64,000 nucleotides of DNA from Laetmonice hystrix (Eukaryota). A model generated the notes under the pieces. The model worked only from the letters and a program-made list of their open reading frames with translations. It was not told the origin of the DNA and did not search any database. Where the stretch lies: positions 18,724,001 to 18,788,000 of the forward strand of contig OZ249451.1 in the NCBI GenBank assembly GCA_965235115.1. Reading direction: 5' to 3'. Both the position numbers and the translations under genes were made by a program. Of this stretch, positions 25,863 to 38,790 are shown piece after piece. Positions within the stretch are counted from its first letter, which is position 1, and every line of letters starts with the position of its first letter.

Positions 25863-28510
25863 GGTAAAACTACCCCTGAATGGTAACACTAACCCTGAAC
25901 GGTCAAACTAACTCTGCAAGGTAAAACTAACCCTGAACGGTAACACTAACCCTGCACGGTAACACTAACCCTGCACGGTAAAACTAACCCTGCAAGGTAA
26001 AACTAACCCTGGACGGTAACACTAACCCTGAACGGTAAAACTAACCCTGAACGGTAACACTAACCCTGAACGGTAAAACTAACCCTGCACGGTCAAACTA
26101 ACCCTGCAAGGTAACACTAACCCTGAACGGTAACACTAACCCTGCACGGCAAAACTAACCCTGACCGGTCAAACTAACCCTGCAAGGTAACACTAACCCT
26201 GAACGGTAACACTAACCCTGCACGGTAAAACTAACCCTGCACGGTAAAACTAACCCTTCAAGGTAAAACTAACCCTGAACGGTAACACTGACCCTGCACG
26301 GTAAAACTAACCCTGCACGGTAAAACTAACCCTGCACGGTCAAACTAACCCTGCACGGTCAAACTAACCCTGAATGGTCAAACTAACCCTGAATGGTAAA
26401 ACTAACCCTGCACGGTAAAACTAACCCTGCACGGTAAAACTAACCCTGCACGGTAACACTAACCCTGCACGGTAACACTAACCCTGCACGGTCAAACTAA
26501 CCCTGCACGGTCAAACTAACCCTGAATGGTAAAACTAACCCTGCACGGTCAAACTAACCCTGCAAGGTAAAACTAACCCTGCACGGTCAAACTAACCCTG
26601 CACGGTAAAACTAACCCTGAATGGTAAAACTAACCCTGCACGGTAAAACTAACCCTGCACGGTAAAACTAACCCTGCACGGTAACACTAACCCTGCACGG
26701 TAACACTAACCCTGCACGGTCAAACTAACCCTGCACGGTCAAACTAACCCTGAATGGTAAAACTAACCCTGCACGGTAAAACTAACCCTGCAAGGTAAAA
26801 CTAACCCTGAACGGTCAAACTAACCCTGCACGGTCAAACTAACCCTGCACGGTCAAACTAACCCTGAACGGTCAAACTAACCCTGGACGGTCAAACTAAC
26901 CCTGCACGGTCAAACTAACTCTGAACGGTCAAACTAACCATGCACGGTCAAACTAACCCTGCAAGGTAAAACTAACCCTGGACGGTCAAACTAACTCTGC
27001 AAGGTAAAACTAACCCTGAACGGTAACACTAACCCTGCACGGTCAAACTAACCCTACACGGTCAAACTAACCCTGCACGGTCAAACTAACCCTGCACGGT
27101 CAAACTAACCCTGCAAGGTAAGACTAACCCTGCAAGGTAAGACTAACCCTGAACGGTAACACTAACCCTGCACGGTCAAACTAACCCTGAACGGTAACAC
27201 TAACCCTGCAAGGTAACACTAACCCTGCACGGTCAAACTAACCCTGCAAGGTCAAACTAACCCTGCACGGTCAAACTAACCCTGCACGGTCAAACTAACC
27301 CTGCAAGGTAAAACTAACCCTGCACGGTCAAACTAACCCTGAACGGTCAAACTAACCCTGAACGGTCAAACTAACCCTGCACGGTCAAACTACCCCTGCA
27401 AGGTAAGACTAACCCTGCACGGTAACACTAACCCTGCACGGTAAAACTAACCCTGCAAGGTAAAACTAACCCTGCACGGTCAAACTAACCCTGCAAGGTA
27501 AAACTAACCCTGCACGGTCAAACTAACCCTGCACGGTCAAACTAACCCTGCAAGGTAACACTAACCCTGCACGGTAAAACTAACCCTGCAAGGTAAAACT
27601 AACCCTGCACGGTCAAACTAACCCTGAACGGTCAAACTAACCCTGAACGGTCAAACTAACCCTGCACGGTCAAACTACCCCTGCAAGGTAAGACTAACCC
27701 TGCACGGTAACACTAACCCTGCACGGTCAAACTAACCCTGAATGGTAAAACTAACCCTGAACGGTCAAACTAACCCTGCACGGTAACACTAACCCTGCAA
27801 GGTAAAACTAACCCTGCAAGGTAAAACTAACCCTGCAAGGTAAAACTAACCCTGTACGGTCAAACTAACCCTATAGGGGCCGATACTTTGACATGACATT
27901 TACAAGTAAAATAAATAAATACACATGGGTGACCTTTCCATGCATGCGTTATGTAAAGTTTTTGTCAAACTAACCCTGCAAGGTAAAACTAACCCTGCAC
28001 GGTCCAACTAACCCTGAATGGTAAAACTAACCCTGAACGGTCAAACTAACCCTGCACGGTCAAACTAACCCTGCACGGTCAAACTAACCCTGCAAGGTAA
28101 CACTAACCCTGCACGGTAAAACTAACCCTGCAAGGTAAAACTAACCCTGCACGGTCAAACTAACCCTGCAAGGTAAAACTAACCCTGCACGGTCAAACTA
28201 ACCCTGCACGGTCAAACTAACCCTGCAAGGTAACACTAACCCTGCAAGGTAAAACTAACCCTGCACGGTCAAACTAACCCTGAACGGTCAAACTAACCCT
28301 GAACGGTCAAACTAACCCTGCACGGTCAAACTACCCCTGCAAGGTAAGACTAACCCTGCACGGTAACACTAACCCTGCACGGTCAAACTAACCCTGAATG
28401 GTAAAACTAACCCTGAACGGTCAAACTAACCCTGCACGGTAACACTAACCCTGCAAGGTAAAACTAACCCTGCAAGGTAAAACTAACCCTGTACGGTCAA
28501 ACTAACCCTA
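25863..28510. repeat. 19-bp minisatellite containing the telomeric motif CTAACCCT, about 135 copies, interrupted once
   Basis: Unit AAACTAACCCTG(C/A)A(C/A/T)GGT(C/A). Non-repeat insert of about 95 bp at about 27871-27965. Confidence 0.98.
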
Positions 28511-29604
28511 TAGGGGCCGATACTTTGACATGACATTTACAAGTAAAATAAATAAATACACATGGGTGACCTTTCCATGCATGCGTTATGTAAAGTTTTT
28601 GTCCTTTAACCTACCCTTGTGCCGAAAGAATGACGAAACTCGAACACACTTCATTACTGAAATGTAAGGTGCTTTTATTTTCTGTGATTTAGAAAGGTGG
28701 TTCCGTACCCCCCCCCCCCCCCTCCAGCCCAGCACCCCAACCCACCCCGCCAATTGTTCACCAGATTGGCACAGACCCACTCTCTACAAGTCCTTAATCA
28801 CAAGCCTAGCCTGATCTCAAACTCGTTCCCAGCTCTCTCTGACCATGACCCTTCCCTTATATACTCCCATCGCCATCCACAATTAGACTCCCGTTTCTAT
28901 TTCCAGACCCTTTCTCTCGACTTCTCGACTTCCGAGGATGATGACTCTGTTCCTCGCTCCTAAGTGCACTGTATGCCGTTGTAACAGCACCCAGTCAAAC
29001 GCTTTCTGATAGTCACTTTATTACCAGGACTACTAGGATCCGTGGCAGTCACTACATGAACCCCGTCATACTCTGATCTTTCCCCGGTCAGTCTGAGCAC
29101 TATCGATATTTGCATCCTATTCATTACAACATTGTGTAGTCGGGCTGCTATCTTATTGAACACGAGTTCACGCCTCGAGACGGTCTAGAAGACAAAACGC
29201 GCTCAGTAAGTCTTGTTTTCAGTTCGTCTAATCCCAGGAAACCTACCACTGCCCCAAGCCTGTTAGTTGATCACACGGCTCGGGAGATTATAGAGATCTT
29301 CTACTTCATAATCAATCCTCAACCTCGTCATCATGTCCTGCTGGTACACACATTCTGCTGGGTTTTCGTTTCGCTCAATCAGCAACAATAATTACCGAGC
29401 AACTGACACGGGACTATTACTGGCTCTGGCACCCATTTGTCGTCCATTCATTTAATGCAGTTAGACAGAGTCCTACATGATACCCTCAACTAAATTGTCA
29501 CAACTACACTTTACACCTTATCCTCCCCAAACCCCGCCGCCATTGTCAAACTGACACGCCTATAAAGTCTACAGGAGTCAGGATTTACAGTTACATTGCT
29601 ACTC

Positions 29605-30045
29605 AGTCTCCTGTTTGATAACTTGTAACTCTAGTTACTCATTGCCACTCAATCTCCTGTTTAATAACCTGTAACTCTAGTTACTCATTGTCACTCAATC
29701 TACTGTTTAATAAGCTGTAACTCTAGTTACTCATTGCCACTCAATCTCCTGTTTAATAACCTGTAACTCTAGTTACTCATTGCCACTTATTCTGTTTAAT
29801 AACCTGTAACTAGTTATTCATTGCCATTCAATCTCCTGTTTAATAACCTGTAACTCTAGTTACTCATTGCCACTCAATCTTCTGTTTATTAACCTGTAAC
29901 TCTAGTTACTCATTGCCACTCAATCTCCTGTTTAATAACCTGTAACTCTAGTTACTCATTGCCACTCAATCTCCTGTTTATTAACCTGTAACTCTAGTTA
30001 CTCATTGCCACTCAATCTCATTCTTGATAACCTGTAATTTTAGTA
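29605..30045. repeat. 46-bp minisatellite, about 9 copies
   Basis: Unit CTCAATCTCCTGTTTAATAACCTGTAACTCTAGTTACTCATTGCCA, with internal hairpin GTAACT-CT-AGTTAC. Confidence 0.95.
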
Positions 30046-31960
30046 ACTCCTTTTCCTACCATTCTTTTGAAATACCATTACTATCCATGACATTATAACT
30101 CTCATTTTCCCATATATTTTCCCTGCTTGCAGGTGAACCATGTTCTTTGAGACTTTTGGCGATATAAGTCTAAGTGTTATTCCCCTGTATTTTTCTGTTA
30201 AAACTCGCCATGCAGCGCCGAGCGTGGGGATTATCTCTGGGACTCGACCTCACCTGACGGTGGGATTAACGGTCAGTTAGTCACTCCCACTGGTCAGATT
30301 AAAGGTGTAACCCACCTGATCACGTTTCCTCCAGCGCAGGCAGGGCATCATGCTCCACGGTGTTCGCCTTCCCAAGCCCGGTGGAGAGAAGAAAAAAAAG
30401 ACGATTATGAAAACAATACTCCGTTATGGGACAAGCTCGTGGATACTGAGCTGTCCAGCCTGGCTGCCTGCGTCCAGGTAGCTTAATCCATTGTTAGCAA
30501 ATTACCATTGGTTCCCTTGATGGTGGATGTCGGCTCTGCCTTCCCACAGCGAGCTTCACAAGCTGAAACTCGGTCTTCAGACTGTGAGTCCGTGTAGCTG
30601 TGCGTTAGGGCCAAGCTCCCTAACCTTACAGTGTTGTATTTCTCAATAGAAATACCATGAAAGGGTGACAGTAGTTGTAAGTCAAACTTTTCTTTCACCC
30701 CAGGGGTAGATTCTGCTACATGCGATAGCTTGGAATCATTCAAGACTTACCCCCAACACTGTACACTGTATGACCTAAAACAGCTAGCTTTACAGTCACG
30801 TCTGTGTTTGTTTCAGCACGTCCCACATTAGGTGTTTCCTTGTGGGCCCCCAAAGCATTTACAATAAACGACAACTTCTCAAACTGGCTCTTCGCGTACA
30901 ACAATATGCTGTACTTCCCCTCACAGATTTACTGCTGGCGAACAGTCAGTATCTGTTTACCAGTTCTCGAACACAGCATCCAGTGGTCGTGTGACGACAC
31001 TGGGAGCTGTGAGCTGATATGAGATTGCAGTCAGCACTGCGACTTTAACGTGGCCGTGTGATTTCCTGGGCAGGTAGTTTCCCGTACACGCCGGTCACCT
31101 ACACTTCCACGGCTCTTGCAGCGTTGGGTATTGCTCAGTAACTGTTTGTTCCCAAACTGTCCATTCAGTACAAAATCGTGCCTTCTCTTTGCCGTGATTG
31201 CCGATATGATACGTCAAGAGTTTGCTGGTGAACTGTCCCTTCCAGGCTTTGTCCATGTGTTCGTCATTGATGTGTAGATGTCAGTTTCATGGGAACTTGT
31301 TAAGGTGAGTTATAGAATGACAACGTTGATACGGTGATGTCTGTGATATGTACAAGTAGGTATAATGTGTTTGTTCCCGAATGCTGCGATGTTTTAACCG
31401 ACCGATCAGTGGCCTTTCTACCTGTGCTGGGACGTGGACAGTGTCCGTCTAAAAGCCCACCTTGACAGGCGGTTGTCAGGGTCCCTCTACAACTGACCAG
31501 CAGCGAGTAGAGCAGAAACAATGTGTGTGGGGGATTGCAGTGATGCGAGTGTGTTGTTGCTGCCTTCACTGATTTCAGTTTCTCCTTGACGCCTTCACGT
31601 CAGCGCGGCCACTTCTTGTTTCCCCCGGCTTACAAACAGTAGCAGTGTTTGTGAAACCTCGCCCGGTGACACTGTGACCACTCACAGCCTCCACCTCCTC
31701 CACCTCCTCCTCAGGATCCCGAGGCGGGCTGGCCGTGACACACAGCCCGTGGGTGGACGGTGGACGGCGGGCGGTGTAGTGGTCACTCAGCTTCCCACCC
31801 AGGTAGACGGCATGGTCAAGCGTGGGTCGTCTCCCGGTTGGCACCGTTGTAGTAGTAATTGTAGTAATGGTGGGGAGCGCCTGTTTTAAGACTTGCCGCG
31901 GCTGCGTCCGCCCCCTTTTGTAGCTCGGCTACCATGTGACTGCAGGGCGCCGCTCAGCCA

Positions 31961-31962
<2 letters not shown>

Positions 31963-32016
<54 letters not shown>
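31963..32016. repeat. (GCT)18 trinucleotide repeat
   Basis: Direct reading of the sequence. Confidence 0.98.
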
Positions 32017-32019
<3 letters not shown>

Positions 32020-32464
32020 GTCGGCGGTGGGGCTCGCATCAAAACACAACCACGTGACGTGCAGGATGACGTGGAGGCTGTGATGCGCACAGTTGCCGCC
32101 AGTGGCAGCGCGGCACGACGGCACGCAGCACTATCACCAATACCACGGCCAGCCATTGTGCAGTCAACCGCCGCCGACACCCAAACGTCGGCGAGACGAG
32201 CTGCCGGCCGCCGAGCACCTGATGGTGGTCAGTCGGTAAGTGACCATGAGCTCGGCAGATCGAACGGTCAGAGGGCAGCCAGCCGTGGGATGACCATGAG
32301 TGGACAGGTAGCGTGGCGGAGTGGGCCGAGTGAGGACGGTTTGCCGGTGGATGGAGCGGCCCACTGCTAACCGTTAGCTTCAGTGGAGACCAATTCTCAT
32401 TGACAGGAGTTCTTGTTGCGAGGGGCTTGCACCAAGACGGCCGATTCTCCCGGTAAAACCGATG

Positions 32465-32467
<3 letters not shown>

Positions 32468-32506
<39 letters not shown>
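32468..32506. repeat. (CAG)13 trinucleotide repeat
   Basis: Direct reading of the sequence. Confidence 0.98.
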
Positions 32507-32508
<2 letters not shown>

Positions 32509-32984
32509 CAGAAGCAGTGATAAACGTTATATTTCTGTAGAGCACTGGCTATGGGGCACAAACCTTCAATCCCTCGGCCCAAATTACAATAGGCCACACA
32601 TCCAACAGAATAGGCATAGATCACAAAACATCAGGACCCCAAAAGATCCGTTCATGCCAGCCAAACATTGAACATGTCCTTTGGAAATGAGAATTTAACA
32701 ATTGTATAACCCTTCTCAGACCTTGCGTTCCCACTTGGCCAGTTTTTTGTATTTTTGTCTCCTAAACGACTGCTCAAATTTTTGTACAAAGTTTTAAAAT
32801 GATTAATTCTGCACGAATTAACTGTATACATTTCCATATATGAATGACACGGTGGATATTTATAAGTTGACTTCTTCTATGGTTACCATTATATTTAACC
32901 AGTAATGGAATAACTATGTCCAAAAGTCTTCCGAACAATCTGTAAGTTGTATAGAATCAGTGGTTTCATAGTATTGAGACGTGA

Positions 32985-33245
32985 CATTTGGAGTTTGTAA
33001 GTAGTATATAGGATTGGCGGTGTCATAGTAGTGGCAGTTACACTTGGAGTTTGTAAGTAGTATATAGGATTGGCGGTGTCATAGTATTGGCATTTACACT
33101 TAGAGTTTGTAAGTAGTATATAGAATTGGCGGTGTCATAGTGTTGGCAGTTACACTTGGAGTTTGTAAGTAGTATATAGAATTGGTGGTGTGATAGTGTT
33201 GGCAGTTACACTTGGAGTTTGTAAGCAGAGTTGGTGGTGTCATAG
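32985..33245. repeat. 56-bp minisatellite, about 4.5 copies
   Basis: Unit ACACTTGGAGTTTGTAAGTAGTATATAGGATTGGCGGTGTCATAGTAGTGGCAGTT. Confidence 0.92.
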
Positions 33246-34573
33246 TATTGGGAATATTTTGGTAACGTTACACAAGGTCTATATCAACGGGTACTCTGAA
33301 CAACCCATGACATCAGCATCGAAGTACAAATAAAACAAACATTTTAAAATTTAAGTTGCCACATTTCCTCTCAAGCCCAAATCTCCCTAAGATGTGTTAA
33401 AGACTGTGGTCATGCCGACATACAGGCCGTCTGATTATCTTATTCTTTAACAGAAATCTATCCATGACCTCAGCAGGTCACAGAACCCAATATCTCACCG
33501 GTCACTGCTCTCTTTCCTTTCACCACTCCGAGTTTTTATGGTTGTTTTCCAGCTCGCAAAGGCACCGGCAAGAAAGAAATCAACAATTATGCGGCAAGCA
33601 GTCATAAATTATTCCTCTTCCCGCTGGAGACCAACGGCCGTTTCTGATACGGACCAAAGGAATGCTGGCTGTGGAAGGTCAGGAATAATCATACAGATTG
33701 CTTCAACTCTACATTATTGGATGACACCTATCCCTAACTTGTCTAAATACAACGAAACGTATCAATGTATCACCGGACAGACAGTACTTTAGGCCCCTGA
33801 ATATACCGTCCATGATTAGTCTCAGCCCAGACACTAATACAGACTTCTTTGTAATCGACCTCTTCATGGAAACGTACAGACAGAAGCCCTTGCTATTCCT
33901 AACCGCCTAATGTTCAACGGCCTCGCCACTCAGTAATTTTAGGATATTCGGTATGAACCTATCATGACATGTTCATACGTATCACACAGATACTATGGGA
34001 AGATATTTATCGGAATACTGTCAAGGATTCCTATTACATTTTACACAAAGAAGTGTCTTTTTCGTTCCTTTCGGTAAACAGCTCTATAATTATGCTGCAT
34101 TCGGCAACAAACCACACTTTATCTTGATATTTATATATCTTGGTTTATATTGCCTATAACATATTATTAACACAAATTAACAAAATTATCACAAGAACAG
34201 TAATCACAGGTTATAACACCAATGGATGCAGCGTCCAAATAACGCAATGCCTCATCAGTTACATAAGTATACCGAAGGTGCGGGTCACAGACATAACGTA
34301 TAGCTATTGTCTTCCCCTCCATATTGTAACCTATAATTAACTCGAGTATATCGGTCCCCTGACCACACGGCCAGCTGACCACTGGCAGTGGTGGGCGGAG
34401 CTATGGTGCTCGAGTCCTCGATAATCACCCCATGTGTAGGTCGTCATTACAACAATGACAGGGTTCAGGCTGGTCGAGTGGCCGTATCTCATCGCTTGGC
34501 GGGAGAGGACACAGCAAACTGATGATAGACACTGGGTCTTTATCTACCCACGGTCTATACACCGTCTCCATAT

Positions 34574-34817
34574 NNNNNNNNNNNNNNNNNNNNNNNNNNN
34601 NNNNNNNNNNNNNNNNNNNNNNNNNNNNNNNNNNNNNNNNNNNNNNNNNNNNNNNNNNNNNNNNNNNNNNNNNNNNNNNNNNNNNNNNNNNNNNNNNNNN
34701 NNNNNNNNNNNNNNNNNNNNNNNNNNNNNNNNNNNNNNNNNNNNNNNNNNNNNNNNNNNNNNNNNNNNNNNNNNNNNNNNNNNNNNNNNNNNNNNNNNNN
34801 NNNNNNNNNNNNNNNNN
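34574..34817. other. Assembly gap (N)
   Basis: Run of N. Confidence 1.
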
Positions 34818-34899
34818 AGAAGCCTTCCAATAAGCAAACTTGAGCTCGTGGGAGCTAGTTTGGTCTTTTTACGGACAATTTATACAGGAACAACTATAA

Positions 34900-35105
34900 A
34901 GTGTCATTCACACTGACACGACTTTTGTCACGAACTCGAGTTTGTACGGAGTTCGTAAGCAAGCAGCAGTGTGAATGGGATTCGTGAGCAAAAATCTAGT
35001 TCGTACAGTCACCTACTAACGTTGAAAAGTCCGTACTAGTTTCGTACCAGTTTCGTACTACGATAGAGTTTGTACGGTTAACAAGTTCTTAGTGTGAACG
35101 ACCGT
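34900..35105. mobile_element. Degenerate PIF/Harbinger-like MITE
   Basis: Ends AGTGTCATTCACACT / AGTGTGAACGACCGT (imperfect TIR). Flanks TAA/TGA. Internal repeated (T/G)TCGTAC motifs. Confidence 0.5.
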
Positions 35106-38039
35106 TGAGTCAGAGCCACCTCAGTTAAATACGGGCTATTTGTGAAGCTGTAATCTCTGCCTCTGAAGCACAGATGAGAATTAATATGATCCCCTATGCA
35201 GTAAATAAATGCAAAGAAACACTGATGAATTAGACGAGGGAGGAAAGTAGAGCTCTCACGTTTATTTATCTCGCCATACAAGCTGGAGACTGATTGCTTG
35301 GGCGGGTCGTAAAAACGACGGCAAGCTGACGTGAATATTTCTGGTGCCTTCGTTTGGAAGTAATCAACATGAAGTCAGCCAAACACTGTGTTATCATTTC
35401 ACAGCCTATCCGACCGTGCCCATAGTGATAACGTCGAGATAACTGACAGCAGATATCGCGGCTACAGAGAATCGTCAAGATTATGTGTGCAAAATTTTCC
35501 GCTTCGGACAGATTGGACATAAGCGACTGCTTCCACGACAGTTCCACCCGGGCTTTTGACTCCTTCACAAAGCTACTTACTGACTGTGTCCAGCATCGAT
35601 GCTTTGAGAAAAAAAAGTTATTTGTACGAAATCTCTTCCTTGTCCGCCGCACGGACGTCCACTAGTTTGGAAATGTCATTTTCAGACGCATCATTCGGCG
35701 ACAAATTGAGCTAATTTCGACCGACAACAGCAGGCTGATTGCCTCTCGAGGTGTAACTAGATGTTTGCTTAGAACTCTACGTTTCAAACGTTCAACCTAC
35801 TCTCTTCAACCTTTTTGTATTCTTGTTTTCTAACAAAGTTTCTTATATAATGACCAACGAACGTCGAAATCACGCAGCCGCATGCCGTGGGTCCACCTGG
35901 CGGGAAATAGGGGAACGACTGCCGCTTGTCATCTCGCCACCTATCGGCTGTTTCCTACACTCCACAGACATAGCGTCCTAGCGTCGTAGATATCGTAATC
36001 GTGGCCGTGGCGGAATTTTGCCCTCGACAGGCGGGTGGACTGCGACTCCTTACGATTTGTAGGTCTTGGTACATCAGCGCGAATTGGCGTAAAAATGGGG
36101 AGGTGGGAAAGGGGCTTAATTCTCAATATAAATAATTTTTAAAAAAAGAGTAAAACCTGGGATAGTCTCAGCCGACGTGTTTGGGCACCCGTATTTAGAA
36201 AGAATTAGCTGTAAATATTAGGGAAAGCTCTATCCATATTTCGAAAGTTAAAGGAGAAGTCTAGTCAAAAATCACATTAGGACAGCTGCAGGGCCTCTAT
36301 ATATATACTCACCTTTCAGAGTGGTGGTTGGAAATAAATGTCTCCCCATTCCAAGAAGTCATATGTTGAACATGACAACCGTGTCAAAATCACTGGCTTC
36401 AGCGGCGCAGCCATTTGTGGGGCTGGCCGGAAGTAAGTGACGTTCTTGTGCCCATCTATTGCATGCCGGGGCTTGGCTAGACTAGGCTAAAGGCGGCCGA
36501 GGCGGGTGGGCAAATCGACGGGGGTCAGTCCCACAGTCACAGTCACAGCCACAACTAAACGCAACAGGTCTGTGCTGACAACAGGACTCCTGTGGTGCTG
36601 ACAGTGACACTACCCGGGGTGCCCGCGGTCGTAGTCAGAGTGGGGCGCCCGGGCCAGGCAGGGCTGAGCTCCGTCAACATCACACCTCCGAGCGGGACGA
36701 ATTGAATGCAGGCAGCCGAAACCCACGGCTGCCCAGATCCGTGTCCACCCTGATATATCCACTGATATCGGTAGGCATCCCTAGCCATTCCTCATCACTA
36801 TTGATGGTTTTCGCCTATGTTCTAACAAATATTGCTTATAAGCTGTCAACGTTCGCTACCTTCCGAATCGCTAAACGCAACAGGTGCGTCAGTTTTTAGT
36901 TCCTCCCAAACCGGAGAGCAGTCGTGCTGTGATTGCATTCGGCCCACCTCGGGACTGTCCGGGCCAGATCCTCTCGGCCCTCGCACAGTCTTCACCATGT
37001 TGGATCTTCTTTTATCACGTGACACAACGTGGTCAAAACGGCGACGGCCGACACACCGACAAAGGTGAAAGACAAGCAGTGTCTGGCTTGTTTAAAAACA
37101 GATCTCCGCTTGATACCTCTGACAAGTGGATTAGACGTCAGAGAAAATCTATTTGGGTCTCTAGAGATACTTTTTTAGATGTTGACATTCCTATTGGCAT
37201 TGTTTCTCGTCAGACGGAGGTCAACGTTTGTCCCACGGACGAGCTGTCTCACTTGGCATTCCCTCGGGATTTCTTTGGGCGTATGACGTCATTTCTTATG
37301 TTGATACAAGCTAGTAAAGTCGTATGATTTCATAAATACTGCAAAACTGAATGTGTCGCGGCTGCTAAGAACGACCGAGACTGCAAATCTTCGGAAATTA
37401 TCCATCTTTCCTGATGAACAATCCCGCGTTAGGCCGAACACCGACATTCTATGAACTACTTTGCGCCGTGGCGCACTACGTGAGTTGTGATGTACCCAAA
37501 CCCGCGGAATCACTGTCATATCTCTACGGCTTGCGACGTCCAAGACCACAACTAGCGAAGCGACCGGAAGTTGGGCCGAGGTTTTACGAATGGCTGTGAT
37601 TGGTCAGGCCTAGGTCGAACATGCACAGTTTGATATTAGCCCAAGGAGCAGACGCTAATGGCGGCCTCCACCAGCTGAGCAGCGCTCTAAGCAGGCTCCA
37701 GGAGTAAAGTGCTTATAGCTTAACTATTTGAGCACCAATTGTGTTCAAATCTTTTGTAACTTTCTTAGAAGATCACGGCCTGTGTGCCTGGCCTGTACAC
37801 GCTGGCAGTGGCCCTTTGTTTTAAGACTGGGTGGTTGTAGTGACTGGTTGTTTCATGCCATGTCGGCGCTGTTGGCCATCTTTATTTATTTATCAGAGGT
37901 GATGATAATGATGATGAGATGCAAGTCCTAAATGTAGAACAGATAAATAAATGAATGAATGAATGAATGACCATTTGTATCATCACTCGTAACGGTACAT
38001 TTTGAGAAGACACCCAACCCCCTAAAAATCCTGCGGACG

Positions 38040-38196
38040 GGCCTGGATTCACAATAAATATTCCGTCATTTTACTAAGTGTCCTACACCGTAATGCAGCC
38101 CCCCCCCCCCCCCTCCCTACGGCCGGTCCTGGATTCACAATAAATATTCCGCCATTTTACTAAGTGTCCTACACCGTAATGCAGCCCCCCCCCCCC
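38040..38196. repeat. Local tandem duplication of about 85 bp, each copy ending in poly-C
   Basis: CCTGGATTCACAATAAATATTCCG(T/C)CATTTTACTAAGTGTCCTACACCGTAATGCAG(C)n twice. Confidence 0.9.
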
Positions 38197-38729
38197 AACA
38201 GGCACCCTTTTCATTGGCAATGCATACCGTAGCCTCTTCCTCAGGGGTCAATCCAGCAAGATTTTGAAATCGAGTTCCATCAGGGATAAAGCAAGAAAAC
38301 TGTATTAGAGAAGGCCTTGGGACGTCGTGCGATTGCTACCATAGTGCCACCTGGTGAAAGACGGGCACACTATTGTTGACCTGAGCACACGTACACTGTA
38401 GCCGGGTCCCCAGCTCTATATTAACTTCGTATATAGAGCCTGGTGACGGCCAATCGAAGCAAGCGTTGTGATTCGCCCATTGAAAACATGGACGCAAACG
38501 AGGTATAGTTCCGTACCCTCCGTATTTCTCCAACAAGACACAAATATTTTCGTCAATCCCTTTAAAATACAAGTGTTAAATGTCCTCGCTTTTCTGGATG
38601 TAAACATAGCGTCACCAGTCCCCACACCTGCTACGGTCTGCATACGCAGGGGCATGTTGCTATTGTTGGCCAATCCCGGCCACGCTCCAAGCAGAAGTCA
38701 ATCACTCTGTTAACGCTGACCAACGGACC

Positions 38730-38790
38730 GGAGGCGGAAGTGATTAGCTCCGAGGCGGAAGTGCTTGGAGCTCACCACTTCCGTTTTACA
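38730..38790. promoter_or_regulatory. Promoter-like cluster of three ETS/GABP-type CGGAAGTG sites
   Basis: GCGGAAGTG at 38734 and 38755, CACTTCCG at 38776, in a CpG-rich patch, followed by a donor-like ATG|GTAAGG at about 38838. Confidence 0.35.

Noticed and set aside
25863-28510. True telomere or chromosome end
   Set aside because: Hexamers are isolated within a 19-bp unit, there is no (TTAGGG)n tract, and unique sequence continues on both sides.
30440-31300. Decayed transposase on the minus strand
   Set aside because: Several 50-90-aa open frames, but no diagnostic DDE, zinc-finger or RT motif that I can recognise.
36247-37723. Kolobok-like element (TTAA-AGGAGAAG start)
   Set aside because: No matching right TIR next to a TTAA, and no recognisable transposase.
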